A DNA stretch of 64,000 nt from Phormidesmis sp. (GCA_965248535.1 CBDFJR010000005.1:2144001-2208000), one strand, 5' to 3'. Shown: positions 11,456 to 23,044, counted from the stretch's first letter. Notes: generated by a model not told the origin, from the letters alone. Numbers and translations: made by a program.

Positions 11456-12727
11456 TCAACAGCAGGGATCTTCACCACGAGGCTCTGGTTTAGACGCTAG
11501 GGGCGAAGCAGGTGGTTTTGTCTGGGACGATTCTAGCTTAGACTCATCTCGCTGGATAGATTTGAGCAGTGAAATGCGCCCAGGCACGGGTTTGCGAGAC
11601 GGTTGCAGCCCTTGCAGCACGTCAGAAAGCTGTAGCCCTTCTGCGACCGCTGGCTTGGCTTCTCGGAGCTTGTGCCACACCGATCGAGACATCAGCAGGG
11701 TGTGAGCAATGCGATCGGCTCCGACTCGCTCTAGATATTCTTCGCGCTCTGGCTGATAGTCTGACGATGACAGATGCAGCGCTTGAGCCGGAACTTCTTG
11801 GGTGACGCGAGCCATCTGCGCCATTAGCTCAGGGTAAAGCCAAGTATAGGCAGGGTTGACGGTCAGTTGAGCGACGTGAGGCTGAGAGCCATCGCGACAC
11901 AACTGCACCTGAAAATAGCCGATCGCGGCTTTGCGCTGCGGCTCAAACACATAGCCACTCACAAACTCAGTCCGGCTAAATAGCTGTCTGATCCCTTCGG
12001 CGACGGAGCTAAAGAGGCTCGTTTTAAAGTCTTGAATGTGACGATCGAAGACTTGGCGCACCAAAGGCGGCATCGCCATCGTGTCGAGTTGATAGAGCAA
12101 CTGAGCATCAGCGTTGCTGACGGGGAGCAGATTGGGTAGATCGGGTTCTCGGTGGGACAATTCTTGCAGAAGCTCAGGAGAGATGCCCCAATAGGTCATG
12201 TGAGCCAGACGCTGAAACCCATTTTTGCGGTAGAGCGCTAGGGCTGAGTTGTCGTGAATATCGATCTCTAAAATCCAGGTGCGGGCTTGCCAAATTTTTT
12301 CGAGGCAATAGCGCAGCAGCAGAGAGCCAATATCGCTAGAGGTGACTAGAGACGAAGCGGCAGGCGGCGTTTCGGACTCAGAATCTGCCTCATTTTGCAA
12401 AATCACGGGATCAACGGCAACGCGATCGATGCGCCAAGTTGTCCCCGTCCGGTTAAAGGGCGAGACTTGAATCAGCCCTTGAATTTGCTGATTGAGTTCA
12501 GCAACGTGGATGCAGAAAGAATCTTGAAACGGATTAGGGAACAGACTAAGAACTTTAAGAATTCCATACCAGCGCCGAATCGCTAAAGGCTTTTCTCTAA
12601 CCATTGAGCAATCGGGGCTTTCTGCTTCGGCCGCCTCTGCACAAAGCTGCTCGACCGATTCTAAATCACGGTATTGGATCGGGCGAATCACAATATTATT
12701 GGCTGTCTGAGGAAAGGCTCGAATCAT
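11456..12727 (-). CDS. GNAT-family N-acetyltransferase (start taken at MIRAFP)
   Basis: IRPIQYRDL N-terminus, DIGSLLL and NSALALYRKNGF GNAT motifs. Confidence 0.8.
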   Translation of the reverse strand: MIRAFPQTANNIVIRPIQYRDLESVEQLCAEAAEAESPDCSMVREKPLAIRRWYGILKVLSLFPNPFQDSFCIHVAELNQQIQGLIQVSPFNRTGTTWRIDRVAVDPVILQNEADSESETPPAASSLVTSSDIGSLLLRYCLEKIWQARTWILEIDIHDNSALALYRKNGFQRLAHMTYWGISPELLQELSHREPDLPNLLPVSNADAQLLYQLDTMAMPPLVRQVFDRHIQDFKTSLFSSVAEGIRQLFSRTEFVSGYVFEPQRKAAIGYFQVQLCRDGSQPHVAQLTVNPAYTWLYPELMAQMARVTQEVPAQALHLSSSDYQPEREEYLERVGADRIAHTLLMSRSVWHKLREAKPAVAEGLQLSDVLQGLQPSRKPVPGRISLLKSIQRDESKLESSQTKPPASPLASKPEPRGEDPCC

Positions 12728-12808
12728 GGTGTTAAAGCGGCTATTCACCCTCAGGGTATGAGTTTGGCAGAAAATCTGAGTCAACCTTAAGGGATATTCG
12801 TTACTCAA

Positions 12809-14044
12809 CTAAACCGATCCCTCAAGGAGGTCGGCAGGTTTAGGGTCGGCAGCGCGATCGAGGCGCGACTCAGTAGGACGGAGGAGCACGACAGGCGTTT
12901 GCTCGTCGGCGTTTCCAGCAGGGTTAGTGATCAGCGCCTGCTTGAGAAAGTTGATCGATAAATCAGAGGTCGCTGCCAATATCTTAACTGCTTTCAAGTC
13001 ATTCACGTCTACGATCGCGGCCGATAACCCAGTTTCGCGCTGAATTTGATCAACGATCCCCTGAGAGTTGTTGGGGCCGAGCACGATAAATTTGTCATAA
13101 GGCGGCAGCGTTCCGGTCACGTCATCGATCAGCCGAGCTTGATCACCCGCCACTCGATAAAAGAAGCCGGGTTGGCCAAAAAGTTTCCCGATCGCGCCTG
13201 CCACAAAGGCCAAAAACACGCGCACGGGGCCGACGATATCCACTAAGGTCTGCAAACCGCAGGCAGTAGCCAAGCTCGAAGTTGGCAAAAACAGATAGCA
13301 CAAGCGGGTTGCCAGCCAGCCGGGGTGAATTTCACTAGGGTGAATGAAGCGGCCCTGCATGATGGCCAGGGGCGACTCTCCGATCGTCACGACATCTCCG
13401 GGTTGAGCGTGGGGCACGACGTAGCGGCGCACGACTTCAACCGGGTCATCTAGCTCGGTCAGCAGGTGGGTGCGAATCGGCAAAACATCTGAGTTGGCAG
13501 CAGGTCGCCAGCGTTTAGAGTCGTCGCTGCTGGGAAACTTGAGCGGCACAACGATATGGCGAGTTTTAGGAATTCGCCCTTGAGGGCCATAGGTGACGTA
13601 ATCAATTTGCACCCAAGCCACTTTAAGCTCGCTCAGGTTTTGTCCCTGTAGGTCGATCGAGATCTCGATCGGGGTTTCTCCGCCGACTTTGACAATTTGC
13701 CCCTCCCAGTAGTCATCGCTTCTAGGCTTTGCTTCGGCGTTGCGAGGAATGACGCGAGTCGTGGTGGTGACTCCATCTAGGCTGCCTGAGGAGAGGAGCG
13801 TTACTTTGGTACGGATCTCTGGCACCATGACTTCGAGGCGACGGGTGCGATTGAGAAATTCTAGATTGCCCACTAGTAGGTAGCGCTGCGGCTCATAGAG
13901 GTCAAACTCCCATTTGCCAGCCGTCAGTTCTAGATCGTTGCCGGGGCGCTGCCGATATTGCGCTTCGAGTGCTACAAGGATCAGTATGACCAAGGCGATC
14001 GTGCTGCCGATGATGCCAATTAAAACGCTCCCGATGATTCCCAC
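12809..14044 (-). CDS. Membrane-anchored F420-0:gamma-glutamyl ligase-like protein
   Basis: N-terminal TM; GDVVTIGESPLAIMQGR, IDDVTGTLPPYD, AIVDVNDL and NPAGNADEQTP motifs. Confidence 0.8.
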   Translation of the reverse strand: MGIIGSVLIGIIGSTIALVILILVALEAQYRQRPGNDLELTAGKWEFDLYEPQRYLLVGNLEFLNRTRRLEVMVPEIRTKVTLLSSGSLDGVTTTTRVIPRNAEAKPRSDDYWEGQIVKVGGETPIEISIDLQGQNLSELKVAWVQIDYVTYGPQGRIPKTRHIVVPLKFPSSDDSKRWRPAANSDVLPIRTHLLTELDDPVEVVRRYVVPHAQPGDVVTIGESPLAIMQGRFIHPSEIHPGWLATRLCYLFLPTSSLATACGLQTLVDIVGPVRVFLAFVAGAIGKLFGQPGFFYRVAGDQARLIDDVTGTLPPYDKFIVLGPNNSQGIVDQIQRETGLSAAIVDVNDLKAVKILAATSDLSINFLKQALITNPAGNADEQTPVVLLRPTESRLDRAADPKPADLLEGSV

Positions 14045-14204
14045 GAGTTCTGACTCTAATTAACGCTGTAACAAAGTCTAGAACAAAAGGGGGCAGCGAT
14101 CGGGTTTCCGTCAGACTCCTGCTTCCCAATCTCGGTTAAGATTTCGCCGATTAGGAACCAGAGGTCTGTGGGGCCTCGCGTTCAAACTAGATGAGCATTA
14201 AATT

Positions 14205-15605
14205 CTATTTGCCAATGCAAAATCGGCTGAAGATGCGATCGAGCACTGATTCGGTTACGTCTTCTCCGAGAATTTCGCTGAAGGCTTGAATGGCACTGCG
14301 AAGGTCGATCGTCCAAAAGTCTAGCGGCAGTTGATGGGCGATCGTGGATTGCACTTGCTCAAGAGAGGCTTTGGCGCGAGTCAGGGCAGCGGCTTGGCGT
14401 TGATTAATGGCGAGATCTAAATCTGCGGCTTGCACTCCGTCTGCGTGGGCGATCTTGAGAATGGCGGTTTCTAAATCGTCAATGCCTTGGTTAAGGGCGG
14501 CAGCAGTGCCAATGACTCCTGATGCCCCAGGAAATTGGGGATCAGAAGAATGCGCCTCTAAGAAAGACTCTGCCAATGCTCCCAACAGATCAATTTTGTT
14601 GAAGACCAAGATTAGAGGACGATCGTGCACTTGTTCATAAATTTCTCGATCGTCTGGGGTTAAGTTTTCTTGAGCATCCACCACGAGCAAAACGAGATCC
14701 GCAGACTGAGCCGCCGATCGCGATCGCTCTACTCCCAGTTTCTCAACCCGATCGTCTGTCTCTCGAATGCCTGCCGTGTCGAGCACCTGAATCGGAATGC
14801 CGCCCACGACAAGCTGAGATTCGACGATATCGCGAGTTGTGCCCGGAAGATCGGTGACGATCGCCCGATCGCTGCGGCTCCAAGCATTAAGCAAACTCGA
14901 TTTGCCCACGTTGGGGCGGCCCACGATCGCGACTTTTAAGCCCGATCGCAGCAGTTCGCCTCGATCGGCGGTTGCCAAGAGTTGGGCCACGTCCGCTAAC
15001 AATTTTTCTAGCTGGGCTTGAATGTCTGGCTCATTGAGCGGCGGCAAATCTTCTTCAAAATCAATTCGGGCTTCGACTTCTGCCAAAATATCCAGGCAAA
15101 TCGTTTGCAACTGTCTGATCGGCTGGGCGAGTTTGCCCTGCAAGCCAGCCAGAGCGGTTTGAGCAGCCTGGGGCGATCGTGCGCCGACGAGATCAGAAAT
15201 GCTTTCGGCTTGGGTGAGATCGAGTCGCCCGTTGAGAAAGGCTCTCAGGGTAAACTCCCCAGGCTGGGCCAGGCGGGCCCCCTGCTCTAGGCAAAGCTGC
15301 AACACCTGCTGAACGGCCATGATGCCCCCGTGACAGTGAAACTCGACCACATCTTCGCGGGTGTAAGAGCGAGGCGCAAACATCAGCAGCAGCAAGGCTT
15401 CATCGACCACGCGCTGAGTGTGCGGCACTCGCACATAGCCATAGAGAATGCGATGACTTTCCCAAATTTGACCACCGGGCGCGTAAAACAGCGATCGGGC
15501 GATCGGCTCCGCTTGAGCACCCGACAATCTGACAATGCCAACGCTGCCCTGTTGAGGCAGAATGGCCGTCGCGATCGCGGCAATAGTTTCTCCAATTCCA
15601 GCCAT
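14205..15605 (-). CDS. mnmE: tRNA modification GTPase MnmE (start [10 protein letters not shown])
   Basis: [17 protein letters not shown] and NKID motifs, and C-terminal FCIGK. Confidence 0.97.
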   Translation of the reverse strand: MAGIGETIAAIATAILPQQGSVGIVRLSGAQAEPIARSLFYAPGGQIWESHRILYGYVRVPHTQRVVDEALLLLMFAPRSYTREDVVEFHCHGGIMAVQQVLQLCLEQGARLAQPGEFTLRAFLNGRLDLTQAESISDLVGARSPQAAQTALAGLQGKLAQPIRQLQTICLDILAEVEARIDFEEDLPPLNEPDIQAQLEKLLADVAQLLATADRGELLRSGLKVAIVGRPNVGKSSLLNAWSRSDRAIVTDLPGTTRDIVESQLVVGGIPIQVLDTAGIRETDDRVEKLGVERSRSAAQSADLVLLVVDAQENLTPDDREIYEQVHDRPLILVFNKIDLLGALAESFLEAHSSDPQFPGASGVIGTAAALNQGIDDLETAILKIAHADGVQAADLDLAINQRQAAALTRAKASLEQVQSTIAHQLPLDFWTIDLRSAIQAFSEILGEDVTESVLDRIFSRFCIGK

Positions 15606-15607
15606 AG

Positions 15608-16174
15608 TTATCGCTCTGCCCAATGGGGATTTGTGAGACTGGTGAGAATGTGATCTTCCCACTTTCCATTGATCAAAATGTAGTTTTCGGCATAGCCTTC
15701 GACCACGAACCCTAAACGTTTTAAGACTTTGGCGCTGCGGCGATTGTGAGGCATGTAGTTGGCACAAATTCGGTGCATATTTAGGTCGTTGAAAATGTAC
15801 TCGATCGCCGCTTGAATGGCTTCAGTCATATAGCCATGTCCCTGTTCTGATTCCGATAGGCTATAGCCCAAACAGCAAGAATGAGAAACGCCCTGAATCA
15901 TTTGCGTAAAGTTGGTGCCGCCAATGATTTTATCGGGTTGGCTTTTGTTAAACATAAAGAGACGCAAAGAGCGATCGTAGCTAAACTCAATCAGACTCTT
16001 TTCGATTTGATGAGACCAAAACTCTCGGCTATAAAAGTTTTTGGGTTTAATCGGTTCAAACGGCTCTAAAAAGGCTCGATTTTCTTTGTAATAGTGAATC
16101 ACTGCCGGAATATCGCGTTGGGACAAGAGCCGCACAATCAGCCTTGATGTGACAAATATAGGCGCTTCGATCAT
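15608..16174 (-). CDS. RimJ/RimL-family GNAT acetyltransferase
   Basis: [33 protein letters not shown] and INGKWEDH motifs. Confidence 0.9.
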   Translation of the reverse strand: MIEAPIFVTSRLIVRLLSQRDIPAVIHYYKENRAFLEPFEPIKPKNFYSREFWSHQIEKSLIEFSYDRSLRLFMFNKSQPDKIIGGTNFTQMIQGVSHSCCLGYSLSESEQGHGYMTEAIQAAIEYIFNDLNMHRICANYMPHNRRSAKVLKRLGFVVEGYAENYILINGKWEDHILTSLTNPHWAER

Positions 16175-16188
16175 GACTAAATGGATAA

Positions 16189-17643
16189 CTAAAAAGAAGT
16201 TTTAAACGTAGGTTGAGCTTGAATCTGACGGAGCAAATCATTAAACGGGAGCCAGTCATCGTCTTGAGTGATGGGCTGCCAGATAGCTTCGATCGTCGGT
16301 CTAATCAGGTTCACTGTGGGATTGTGCTGATAGAGCCGATTGGCAATCTCTAGCATCTCATGGTCTGGCAACTGATTAAGAGCCTGATGATAGATGGCTT
16401 GCCAATCTTGAAAACAGGATTTGAGCAACTCATTGGGAATTTCTAATTTGGTAAAAACATGATTTTTTGACTCTCGCCAAGTGTTAGAAAACTGGGTAGT
16501 TAGCTCCCAAAAGAAACTTTGATATCCGACCTGAGAGACTTTTAAGAATTCGACGGTGCGATCGACGAGTTGTTTTGCCAGAGATTCTTCTAAGTGGCTA
16601 AATCCCAACCGATCGAGCATTCTTTGCTGATAGGCTTTTTCATAATGAGAGTCAAAGTTCGCTAAACTAGCCTGCATTGTGGCGGGATCAATGACTCGCT
16701 TAAAAGGAGCCTGAAGCATTTCTAAATTTAACCGACAAATTGCAGGCTGATTGCCATAACAATAGCGCCCTGAATAGTCAAAGTAAGCGGCCGTAAATTG
16801 AGGATTATAGGTTTCGATAAAGGCAAAAGGGCCGTAATCAAAACTCTCACCCGTGATTGACATATTATCGGTGTTGAGAACCGCGTGACAAAACCCCGAC
16901 GACATCCACTGGGCGACTAATTCGGCAACTCGCTGCACCAATTCTGCATAAAACAGGGCGTAGCGATCGCGATCCCCCATCAAATGAGGATAGTAAATCT
17001 CGATCACATGATCGAGCAAAATAGCGATCAGGTCTTTACGATCGAGGGTTCCCAATCGCTCAAAGGTGCCAAATCGAATATGCGATCGACTAAAGCGAAT
17101 CATCACTGACGATCGGGTGGGTGATGGCTCATCGCCGCGCCAGAGCGGTTCGCCCGTCTCAACTAAACTCAAGCAGCGCGAAGTCTTAACGCCCAACCGA
17201 TGCAGCATCTCAGAGGCTAACACTTCACGCACACCGCCCTTTAGGGTCAGCCGCCCATCGCCGCCTCTTGAATAGGGAGTGGTGCCCGACCCTTTGCTGC
17301 CAAAGTCATAGAGTTCGCCATCGGTGCCCCTAACTTGCCCATAGAGAAACCCTCTGCCGTCTCCCAAAAAAGCGTTGTATTCTCCAAACTGATAGCCGTG
17401 ATAGCGCAGGGCCAAGAACGGCTGCCGCCCCTGAAATTTGCCAAATGCTTCAATAAAGTCTTGATCAGAAACGGTTTCTGGAGTCAGCCCCAGTTGAGTC
17501 AACACCCGATCGTTGCGAAACCGCAAAATCTGTCGCGGAAACTCAGCCGCCGACACGACATCAAAAAAATCATCCCCCAACACTTCTAGAGCCGATTCAT
17601 AACTGAGATTAAGCAGAGGGTTTAAAGATTGGGTAAGGGCCAT
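16189..17643 (-). CDS. selO: Protein adenylyltransferase SelO/YdiU
   Basis: [37 protein letters not shown] and DYGP motifs. Confidence 0.93.
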   Translation of the reverse strand: MALTQSLNPLLNLSYESALEVLGDDFFDVVSAAEFPRQILRFRNDRVLTQLGLTPETVSDQDFIEAFGKFQGRQPFLALRYHGYQFGEYNAFLGDGRGFLYGQVRGTDGELYDFGSKGSGTTPYSRGGDGRLTLKGGVREVLASEMLHRLGVKTSRCLSLVETGEPLWRGDEPSPTRSSVMIRFSRSHIRFGTFERLGTLDRKDLIAILLDHVIEIYYPHLMGDRDRYALFYAELVQRVAELVAQWMSSGFCHAVLNTDNMSITGESFDYGPFAFIETYNPQFTAAYFDYSGRYCYGNQPAICRLNLEMLQAPFKRVIDPATMQASLANFDSHYEKAYQQRMLDRLGFSHLEESLAKQLVDRTVEFLKVSQVGYQSFFWELTTQFSNTWRESKNHVFTKLEIPNELLKSCFQDWQAIYHQALNQLPDHEMLEIANRLYQHNPTVNLIRPTIEAIWQPITQDDDWLPFNDLLRQIQAQPTFKTSF

Positions 17644-17875
17644 CAAACATCCGATCACGACTTCTCTCTAATCCTACCGACTCATGCGAGATGAAGCAGT
17701 GACGGTTGAGCGAATTCTGGTGAACGATCGTTCTCCCGCCCAATTTTATTTGACCCAAAAAATGTGTCTCAGAGAAAGACCAGGTTAAACCGCCACAAAT
17801 AACGACTCTCACCAATAACCTCTCGACGGTCGGCTTCAACGGCTTGTTAGATGGCGATCGCTACTAAATTAAGGT

Positions 17876-19009
17876 CTACTCCTCTTCTATGCCCGTCTCC
17901 GCTGCTTGCCTCATGGCCAAAAAGGCTTCCTTGACTGGCTGGCTTACGGCGCTTTGAGGCTCTGCTAAAATCAGGGCTTGATAAGCCTCAAGAAATCTAC
18001 TCCTCAACCGATGAAACAGGTGTAGAAAATGCCGGATGAAACTAATACAGCCTAAAATGACGAACTCAATGCCGATCGCTTCATGATACAAAGATCGGGC
18101 GTAGTTTTGAACTTCCTCGTCCACGGTCTCAGTTGTGATGAAAATATAATTATTGATCTGCCTGCCGCTTAACAGCAATTTCTGTAAGGCGCGGTCTATA
18201 TCTTCACAAGTAACTCGCTTGTTTTTCATCTCATATGCGGTTATCATTTCATCGTCTGCGAGAAGAATAATTTCAACATCCCCTAGAGCACCTGTCTGTA
18301 GGTCAGCAGCGTTATGTGCTCTGAGTGTGAGAACTTTTTCTCCGAGAAACTCTTCAGCAGATTGATAAGCAGCCGCTACAACAAGGATAGAAAGACGGCT
18401 CGTTCCTTTGAGGCTCATGTGTTTTTCAATCAAATTGACAATATCTTCAGAAGACAAAGGCACAGCATCTTCAGCAGTGTTCAACGTTGCAACTAATGCC
18501 TCAATCCGCCGTTGCCGTTCGTTTCTATCGATCAAAAGCAATCTGACTATCTCAGCAATAAGCGTATCGGCTGCAATGCGACCACAGTAAACATCATCCA
18601 GCAGATTGAGAACTGCTTGATATAACTGCGGTGGCTTGCCAACGAGGTTAACATCTTTGGTTAGCGTCGTATTTCGATTTCTTAGCGCAGGTGTGAGAAA
18701 AGCAGTTGTGCTATTGCATGGCAAATTGTGTTGATTGATAAAGGTCGTAATGTAGCGCTCATCGTAAGTTCTGCCTGAGAAAGCGTCGGCATCTCCGATT
18801 TCTGTATATGGTTTCCTAATATCGACATCAGGGCGGTGAAGTTTTGCTAGTAAGCACGCCATTAAAAGGCGCACTCCTGCCCGATTCTTGAGATTATGGG
18901 CAACATAGTCGGCATATTTCCTAATCTGCTGATCTGTGACGAGTGACTGTTCTAAGTTTGCGTTAGCACGTCGAAGAGCGGCGTTGAGGATTTCAATGGG
19001 GTCTGCCAT
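17876..19009 (-). CDS. Type II restriction endonuclease, SacI-family-like
   Basis: PD-(D/E)xK-like core HNAADLQTGALGDVEI...AYEMK; lies downstream of and overlaps a DNA methyltransferase gene. Confidence 0.7.
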   Translation of the reverse strand: MADPIEILNAALRRANANLEQSLVTDQQIRKYADYVAHNLKNRAGVRLLMACLLAKLHRPDVDIRKPYTEIGDADAFSGRTYDERYITTFINQHNLPCNSTTAFLTPALRNRNTTLTKDVNLVGKPPQLYQAVLNLLDDVYCGRIAADTLIAEIVRLLLIDRNERQRRIEALVATLNTAEDAVPLSSEDIVNLIEKHMSLKGTSRLSILVVAAAYQSAEEFLGEKVLTLRAHNAADLQTGALGDVEIILLADDEMITAYEMKNKRVTCEDIDRALQKLLLSGRQINNYIFITTETVDEEVQNYARSLYHEAIGIEFVILGCISFIRHFLHLFHRLRSRFLEAYQALILAEPQSAVSQPVKEAFLAMRQAAETGIEEE

Positions 19010-19827
19010 TCGCTCATAGTCCCTGGAACATCATAATTAGTCCAAAGTATCTCGGTTCGAGGTTGTTTAACGGAGAGACATTGTTTTGACGGAGATTCGA
19101 TACAGTTCCAGTCTTTGTAGAGCTTATCCAGTAATTCACAACGATAGCCAGACAGAGCCACCTTACCTTTAAGACTAGTCAGTACCTCAGCGAGTTCTCG
19201 GTGATCGTTGTCAGTCATTTCATACCCATAGGCGTGACTATCGCCCCGTGAATCATGAGGATAGGGAGGATCGCAATAGAATAAAGTTTCTGCACTATCG
19301 TATCGTTGAATCACTTCGATCGCGGGCGCATTTTCAATCTGAATCCGCAAAAGCCTTTGCACAATTTCAGATAGTCCTTCAACGCTTCCAAGCCAGCGGG
19401 AAACGGCTCCTGCCATTCCTGCCCGACTGGTTAGCTTGCAATGTGCCCATCTTCCAGCACTGGCTGTTTGTGCAAGACCTGTTCTAACTTGACGGGCACG
19501 AACAAAGAAACGACGCGCTCTTTCTAGTTCCGACAAATTATCAATGGGTTCTTCGGCTGCGATTCTGAGTTCTTCCCTGGAAAACGGTGTTAGCCCGATC
19601 GCTCGGATCAGGTCTTCTTGCCTGTCGCGAAGAACTCGAAAAAAGTTTACAACTTCTCCATCAATATCATTGTAGGTTTCAACTGGGGAAGGTTCCCTGT
19701 TGAGTAGTACAGCCGCAGATCCTGCAAACGGCTCACAGTAATGGGTTGCCGGAGGCAACAACGGGAGGAGCCAGTTTAAATGATTAAACTTTCCGCCATA
19801 CCACCCAAAAGCGATTACCTTGCCCAT
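18952..19827 (-). CDS. Dam/D12-class DNA adenine methyltransferase
   Basis: WYGGK, EPFAGS, NDID and DPPY motifs. Confidence 0.93.
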   Translation of the reverse strand: MGKVIAFGWYGGKFNHLNWLLPLLPPATHYCEPFAGSAAVLLNREPSPVETYNDIDGEVVNFFRVLRDRQEDLIRAIGLTPFSREELRIAAEEPIDNLSELERARRFFVRARQVRTGLAQTASAGRWAHCKLTSRAGMAGAVSRWLGSVEGLSEIVQRLLRIQIENAPAIEVIQRYDSAETLFYCDPPYPHDSRGDSHAYGYEMTDNDHRELAEVLTSLKGKVALSGYRCELLDKLYKDWNCIESPSKQCLSVKQPRTEILWTNYDVPGTMSEWQTPLKSSTPLFDVLTQT

Positions 19828-20083
19828 CTGCTTTCCCAACGTTGACTCTGGACAAGAAGTATACACGAACTAATGTCGTTGGGTTAGGGATCGTTTGGAG
19901 ATTGTATTCTCAACCAATCGCTTCGGCTAATCACTTGAAGCCACTTAACAAAGGTGTGGTTGAATTGTGAGGATGCGATCGGGCTTAAGTAACAAATTTT
20001 ACGACTGCTCTAAGCCAAGTTTTTGCATAGCTTCTTGTCTAGCCTGCCTGCTGGTAATGAGTTGAAATCAGGGTTGTGACTGA

Positions 20084-21814
20084 ATGTATCTAAAGTGTTT
20101 AAGAGCTTCTCACCGGATCAAAGCTCTAGTTGGGTGGCTTGTTTGGTCTGTGGCGATCGTGACTCCGGCGATCGCGCAAAAGTCTTCGATTGAGATTCCG
20201 CCTCGACCTAACCCCAACCTCGATCGCATTCCCCAGTCGTCGCCTGCCCCAGACCCTCTGCCCAGTGAGTCGCCCACCCTTTCGGTGCCGCCTGCTTCCA
20301 TCTCGCCGCCGACATCGCCACCGATCAGAATTTTTGTTCGCAATATTAACGTGACGGGCAACACGCTATTCAAGCAGGAGATCCCGGCGATCATTCAACC
20401 TGCTGTCGGTCACGTTGTCTCCCTCGACGATCTGATCAAGATTGCAAACGACATCACTCAGCTTTATCTCAGTCAGGGCTACATCACTTCTAGAGCGGTC
20501 TTGGTCGATCAGGTGATTGTCGATGGCGTAGTGCAGATTAGGGTGATTGAAGGGTCGCTCGAAGAACTGATTATTGATGGGTTGCAGCGTCTCAAGCGCT
20601 CCTACATTCTCAGTCGCCTTCAACTCGGTCTCACAAAGCCGCTCAATAGAGACCAGCTTGAAGATCAGTTGAGATTACTCAAAGCTGACCCGTTGGTTGC
20701 CACGATCGAGGCTAGCCTTCGCCCCGGCAAAGAGTTAGGTCAAAGCATTCTCATCCTGCGAGTTAAAGAATCTCTGGCTATCAGCGGCTCGATCGGAGTC
20801 GATAACTACTCTTCGCCTAGCATCGGGGCAGATCGGCTAGGTGGTGTTGTCAGCGATCGCAACCTGACGGGAATCGGGGACGAGTTGAGCGGGGCCTATT
20901 ATCGCTCTCTGCAAGGGGGGGTTAGCCTCTTTGATTTTGCCTATCGCGTTCCTGTCAACCCCATGAACGGTACGATTCAACTGCGAGTGGCTCCTAGTCG
21001 CAGCAAAATTATTGAGCCTCCCTTTGATGTCTTTAACATTCGCAGTCAAACGGATCTGTATGAACTGAGCTATCGCCAACCCCTCCTTCGGACTCCTCGT
21101 GAGGAGTTGGCGCTGTCATTGGGGTTCACCGTGCAAAATAGTCAAACCTTTTTAGACGATGTGCCCTTTGGGTTTGGGGTGGGTGCAGACGCAGAGGGCA
21201 AAACCCAGACGCGGGTGTTGAAGTTTGGGCAAGACTATGTGAAGCGAGATCCCAAAGGGGCTTGGGCGCTACGATCGCAGTTCAGTCTCGGTCTAAATGT
21301 TTTAAATGCCACCCTTAACGATGGCTCTGCTCCTGATGGGCGCTTTTTTAGCTGGTTTGGTCAGGTGCAGCGAGTGCAGAGACTCAGCAATGCTCAGCTA
21401 TTGATCATTCAAGCCGATGGGCAACTGACCCCAGATGGTTTGCTGTCGTCGCAGCAGTTTGTGATCGGCGGTGGGCAGTCGCTGCGCGGCTATCGACAAA
21501 ATGCCCGATCGGGCGACAATGGGTTTCGGGTCTCGATTGAAGATCGCATTGCCCTTCAGCGTGATGCATCGGGTGTGCCCATGCTGCAACTTGCGCCCTT
21601 TGCTGATCTTGGCTCAGTTTGGAACCAGTCAAACAACCCCAACCAGTTGACGAATGAAACATTTTTAGCCTCGGCCGGGCTAGGGCTGATTTGGGAACCT
21701 GTTCCTCGCTTTTTGATCCGATTAGACTATGCAGTGCCGATCGTGCCCTTGAGCGATCGCGGCAACAATGCTCAAGATCGCGGCTTCCATTTCAGCGTTG
21801 GCTACAGTCTATAG
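20084..21814 (+). CDS. ShlB/FhaC/HecB-family (TpsB/Omp85) outer-membrane transporter
   Basis: Signal peptide, Pro-rich linker, POTRA motif YLSQGYITSRA, GGGQSLRGY motif and a beta-signal-like C-terminus. Confidence 0.9.
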   Translation: MYLKCLRASHRIKALVGWLVWSVAIVTPAIAQKSSIEIPPRPNPNLDRIPQSSPAPDPLPSESPTLSVPPASISPPTSPPIRIFVRNINVTGNTLFKQEIPAIIQPAVGHVVSLDDLIKIANDITQLYLSQGYITSRAVLVDQVIVDGVVQIRVIEGSLEELIIDGLQRLKRSYILSRLQLGLTKPLNRDQLEDQLRLLKADPLVATIEASLRPGKELGQSILILRVKESLAISGSIGVDNYSSPSIGADRLGGVVSDRNLTGIGDELSGAYYRSLQGGVSLFDFAYRVPVNPMNGTIQLRVAPSRSKIIEPPFDVFNIRSQTDLYELSYRQPLLRTPREELALSLGFTVQNSQTFLDDVPFGFGVGADAEGKTQTRVLKFGQDYVKRDPKGAWALRSQFSLGLNVLNATLNDGSAPDGRFFSWFGQVQRVQRLSNAQLLIIQADGQLTPDGLLSSQQFVIGGGQSLRGYRQNARSGDNGFRVSIEDRIALQRDASGVPMLQLAPFADLGSVWNQSNNPNQLTNETFLASAGLGLIWEPVPRFLIRLDYAVPIVPLSDRGNNAQDRGFHFSVGYSL

Positions 21815-21820
21815 TCGGGG

Positions 21821-22432
21821 TTAAGGCTGCTGGTAGTCGGTGCCCCAAGCTTTAATGCCAGACTCGATCGGCTCAATGTCGATGCCAGTTGTGCTGTTGG
21901 TGATTTTGAGTTGAGTGGTGCCTCGACGAATCATGGAAGCTTGATAGGCCCGCCCATCTTTAGTCGATAGATAATTCTCCCGTCCTCCTGAGTTGGGCAA
22001 CTTAGTTGCAAAGACGTGATTTAACTCGGTTGAGTTGGTCTTTTTGTTGTAGATATTCATAAAAATGCTGGCCCCTTCTTCAAACACTCTCACCGATCGC
22101 GTGGTTGTCTCAAAAAATAAGCGGGTGCGGGCATCAAGCGGGTTTTGAGTCGGGGTTGGAGTCGGCGCAGGGGTCGGGCTAGGTGACGGTGAAGCGGCTG
22201 AGACATCAATCACATCATCTCTCACCCAGCCGTCTTTGGTGGTGTCGAAGCTGACTCGATACCAATAGAAGCCAGACGCATCTGCCCCCAAGGTTTGGTC
22301 GGTGACTGCAACGCGAGTGCCAACGGGTTTTGAGACAAAATCAGAGGCTAAATCTGGGCTGGTGCGAATTCTAACCATTGTCACGCCAGGGGTGTTGCTC
22401 TTGAGTTGACCGACTTTTGGGGGATTAAACAT
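21821..22432 (-). CDS. Bacterial SH3-domain protein
   Basis: VRIRTSP...WYRVSF...GWVRDD SH3b pattern followed by a PT/PS linker. Confidence 0.75.
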   Translation of the reverse strand: MFNPPKVGQLKSNTPGVTMVRIRTSPDLASDFVSKPVGTRVAVTDQTLGADASGFYWYRVSFDTTKDGWVRDDVIDVSAASPSPSPTPAPTPTPTQNPLDARTRLFFETTTRSVRVFEEGASIFMNIYNKKTNSTELNHVFATKLPNSGGRENYLSTKDGRAYQASMIRRGTTQLKITNSTTGIDIEPIESGIKAWGTDYQQP

Positions 22433-22591
22433 TAGAAGGGTCTCTTATGGTTAATGGCTTGGGGAGAAGACAGACTTAGTATACCGGACGACCCCGTTCA
22501 CCTGCCGCTATCATTTCTCAGACTCAATTGAGCGGCTCAACACAGTCGGCGAGCAATGAGGCTGTTGGGCTGTGATTTTTCGCCAACAGGT

Positions 22592-23044
22592 TCACATAAT
22601 AGATTGCCAGTCTAAGGCTTTAATAAACCAGGACAGATGAACCACATTGGTGGTTGCAACAATGACTTCTGTTGTCTCATTGCAGAGAAGGCGGGCTTGA
22701 GCAGACAGAATTACATCTCCATCTAACGCTTTAGCATCTGCGGTCGGTCGTCCAGCTTGCCTGGCTTCTGCCCACAATTCAGCCGCTAAGAGCATAGTGT
22801 TTGTTTGAATCGGAATGTAGTCGAGAGTTTGCTTCAAATTGTCAAGCCGACGCAAACTTTGCAACAGCCCTGCGCGAAGGAGTTCACGGCGAACTTCGTA
22901 ATCTGAAATTTCGGGAATGGCAACTCTCTCTCCGCGTCGTAAGACGGATTTTAGCCACAGTTGACAATTTAAGGGAGTGCCTGTGGCTTTAGGATTCGTT
23001 ACCATCCCTAAGGGGCCAGAATCCAGCAAAATTAAACGAGTCAT
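22592..23044 (-). CDS. PIN-domain (VapC-like) toxin
   Basis: ILLDSGPLG, YEVRREL, DGDVILSAQA and ATTN PIN motifs; ATGA overlap with the upstream gene. Confidence 0.85.
   Translation of the reverse strand: MTRLILLDSGPLGMVTNPKATGTPLNCQLWLKSVLRRGERVAIPEISDYEVRRELLRAGLLQSLRRLDNLKQTLDYIPIQTNTMLLAAELWAEARQAGRPTADAKALDGDVILSAQARLLCNETTEVIVATTNVVHLSWFIKALDWQSIM

Noticed and set aside
15606..15767. N-terminal extension of MnmE in the ORF track
   Set aside because: It overlaps the upstream RimJ-like gene; MnmE-like sequence begins at ATG 15605.
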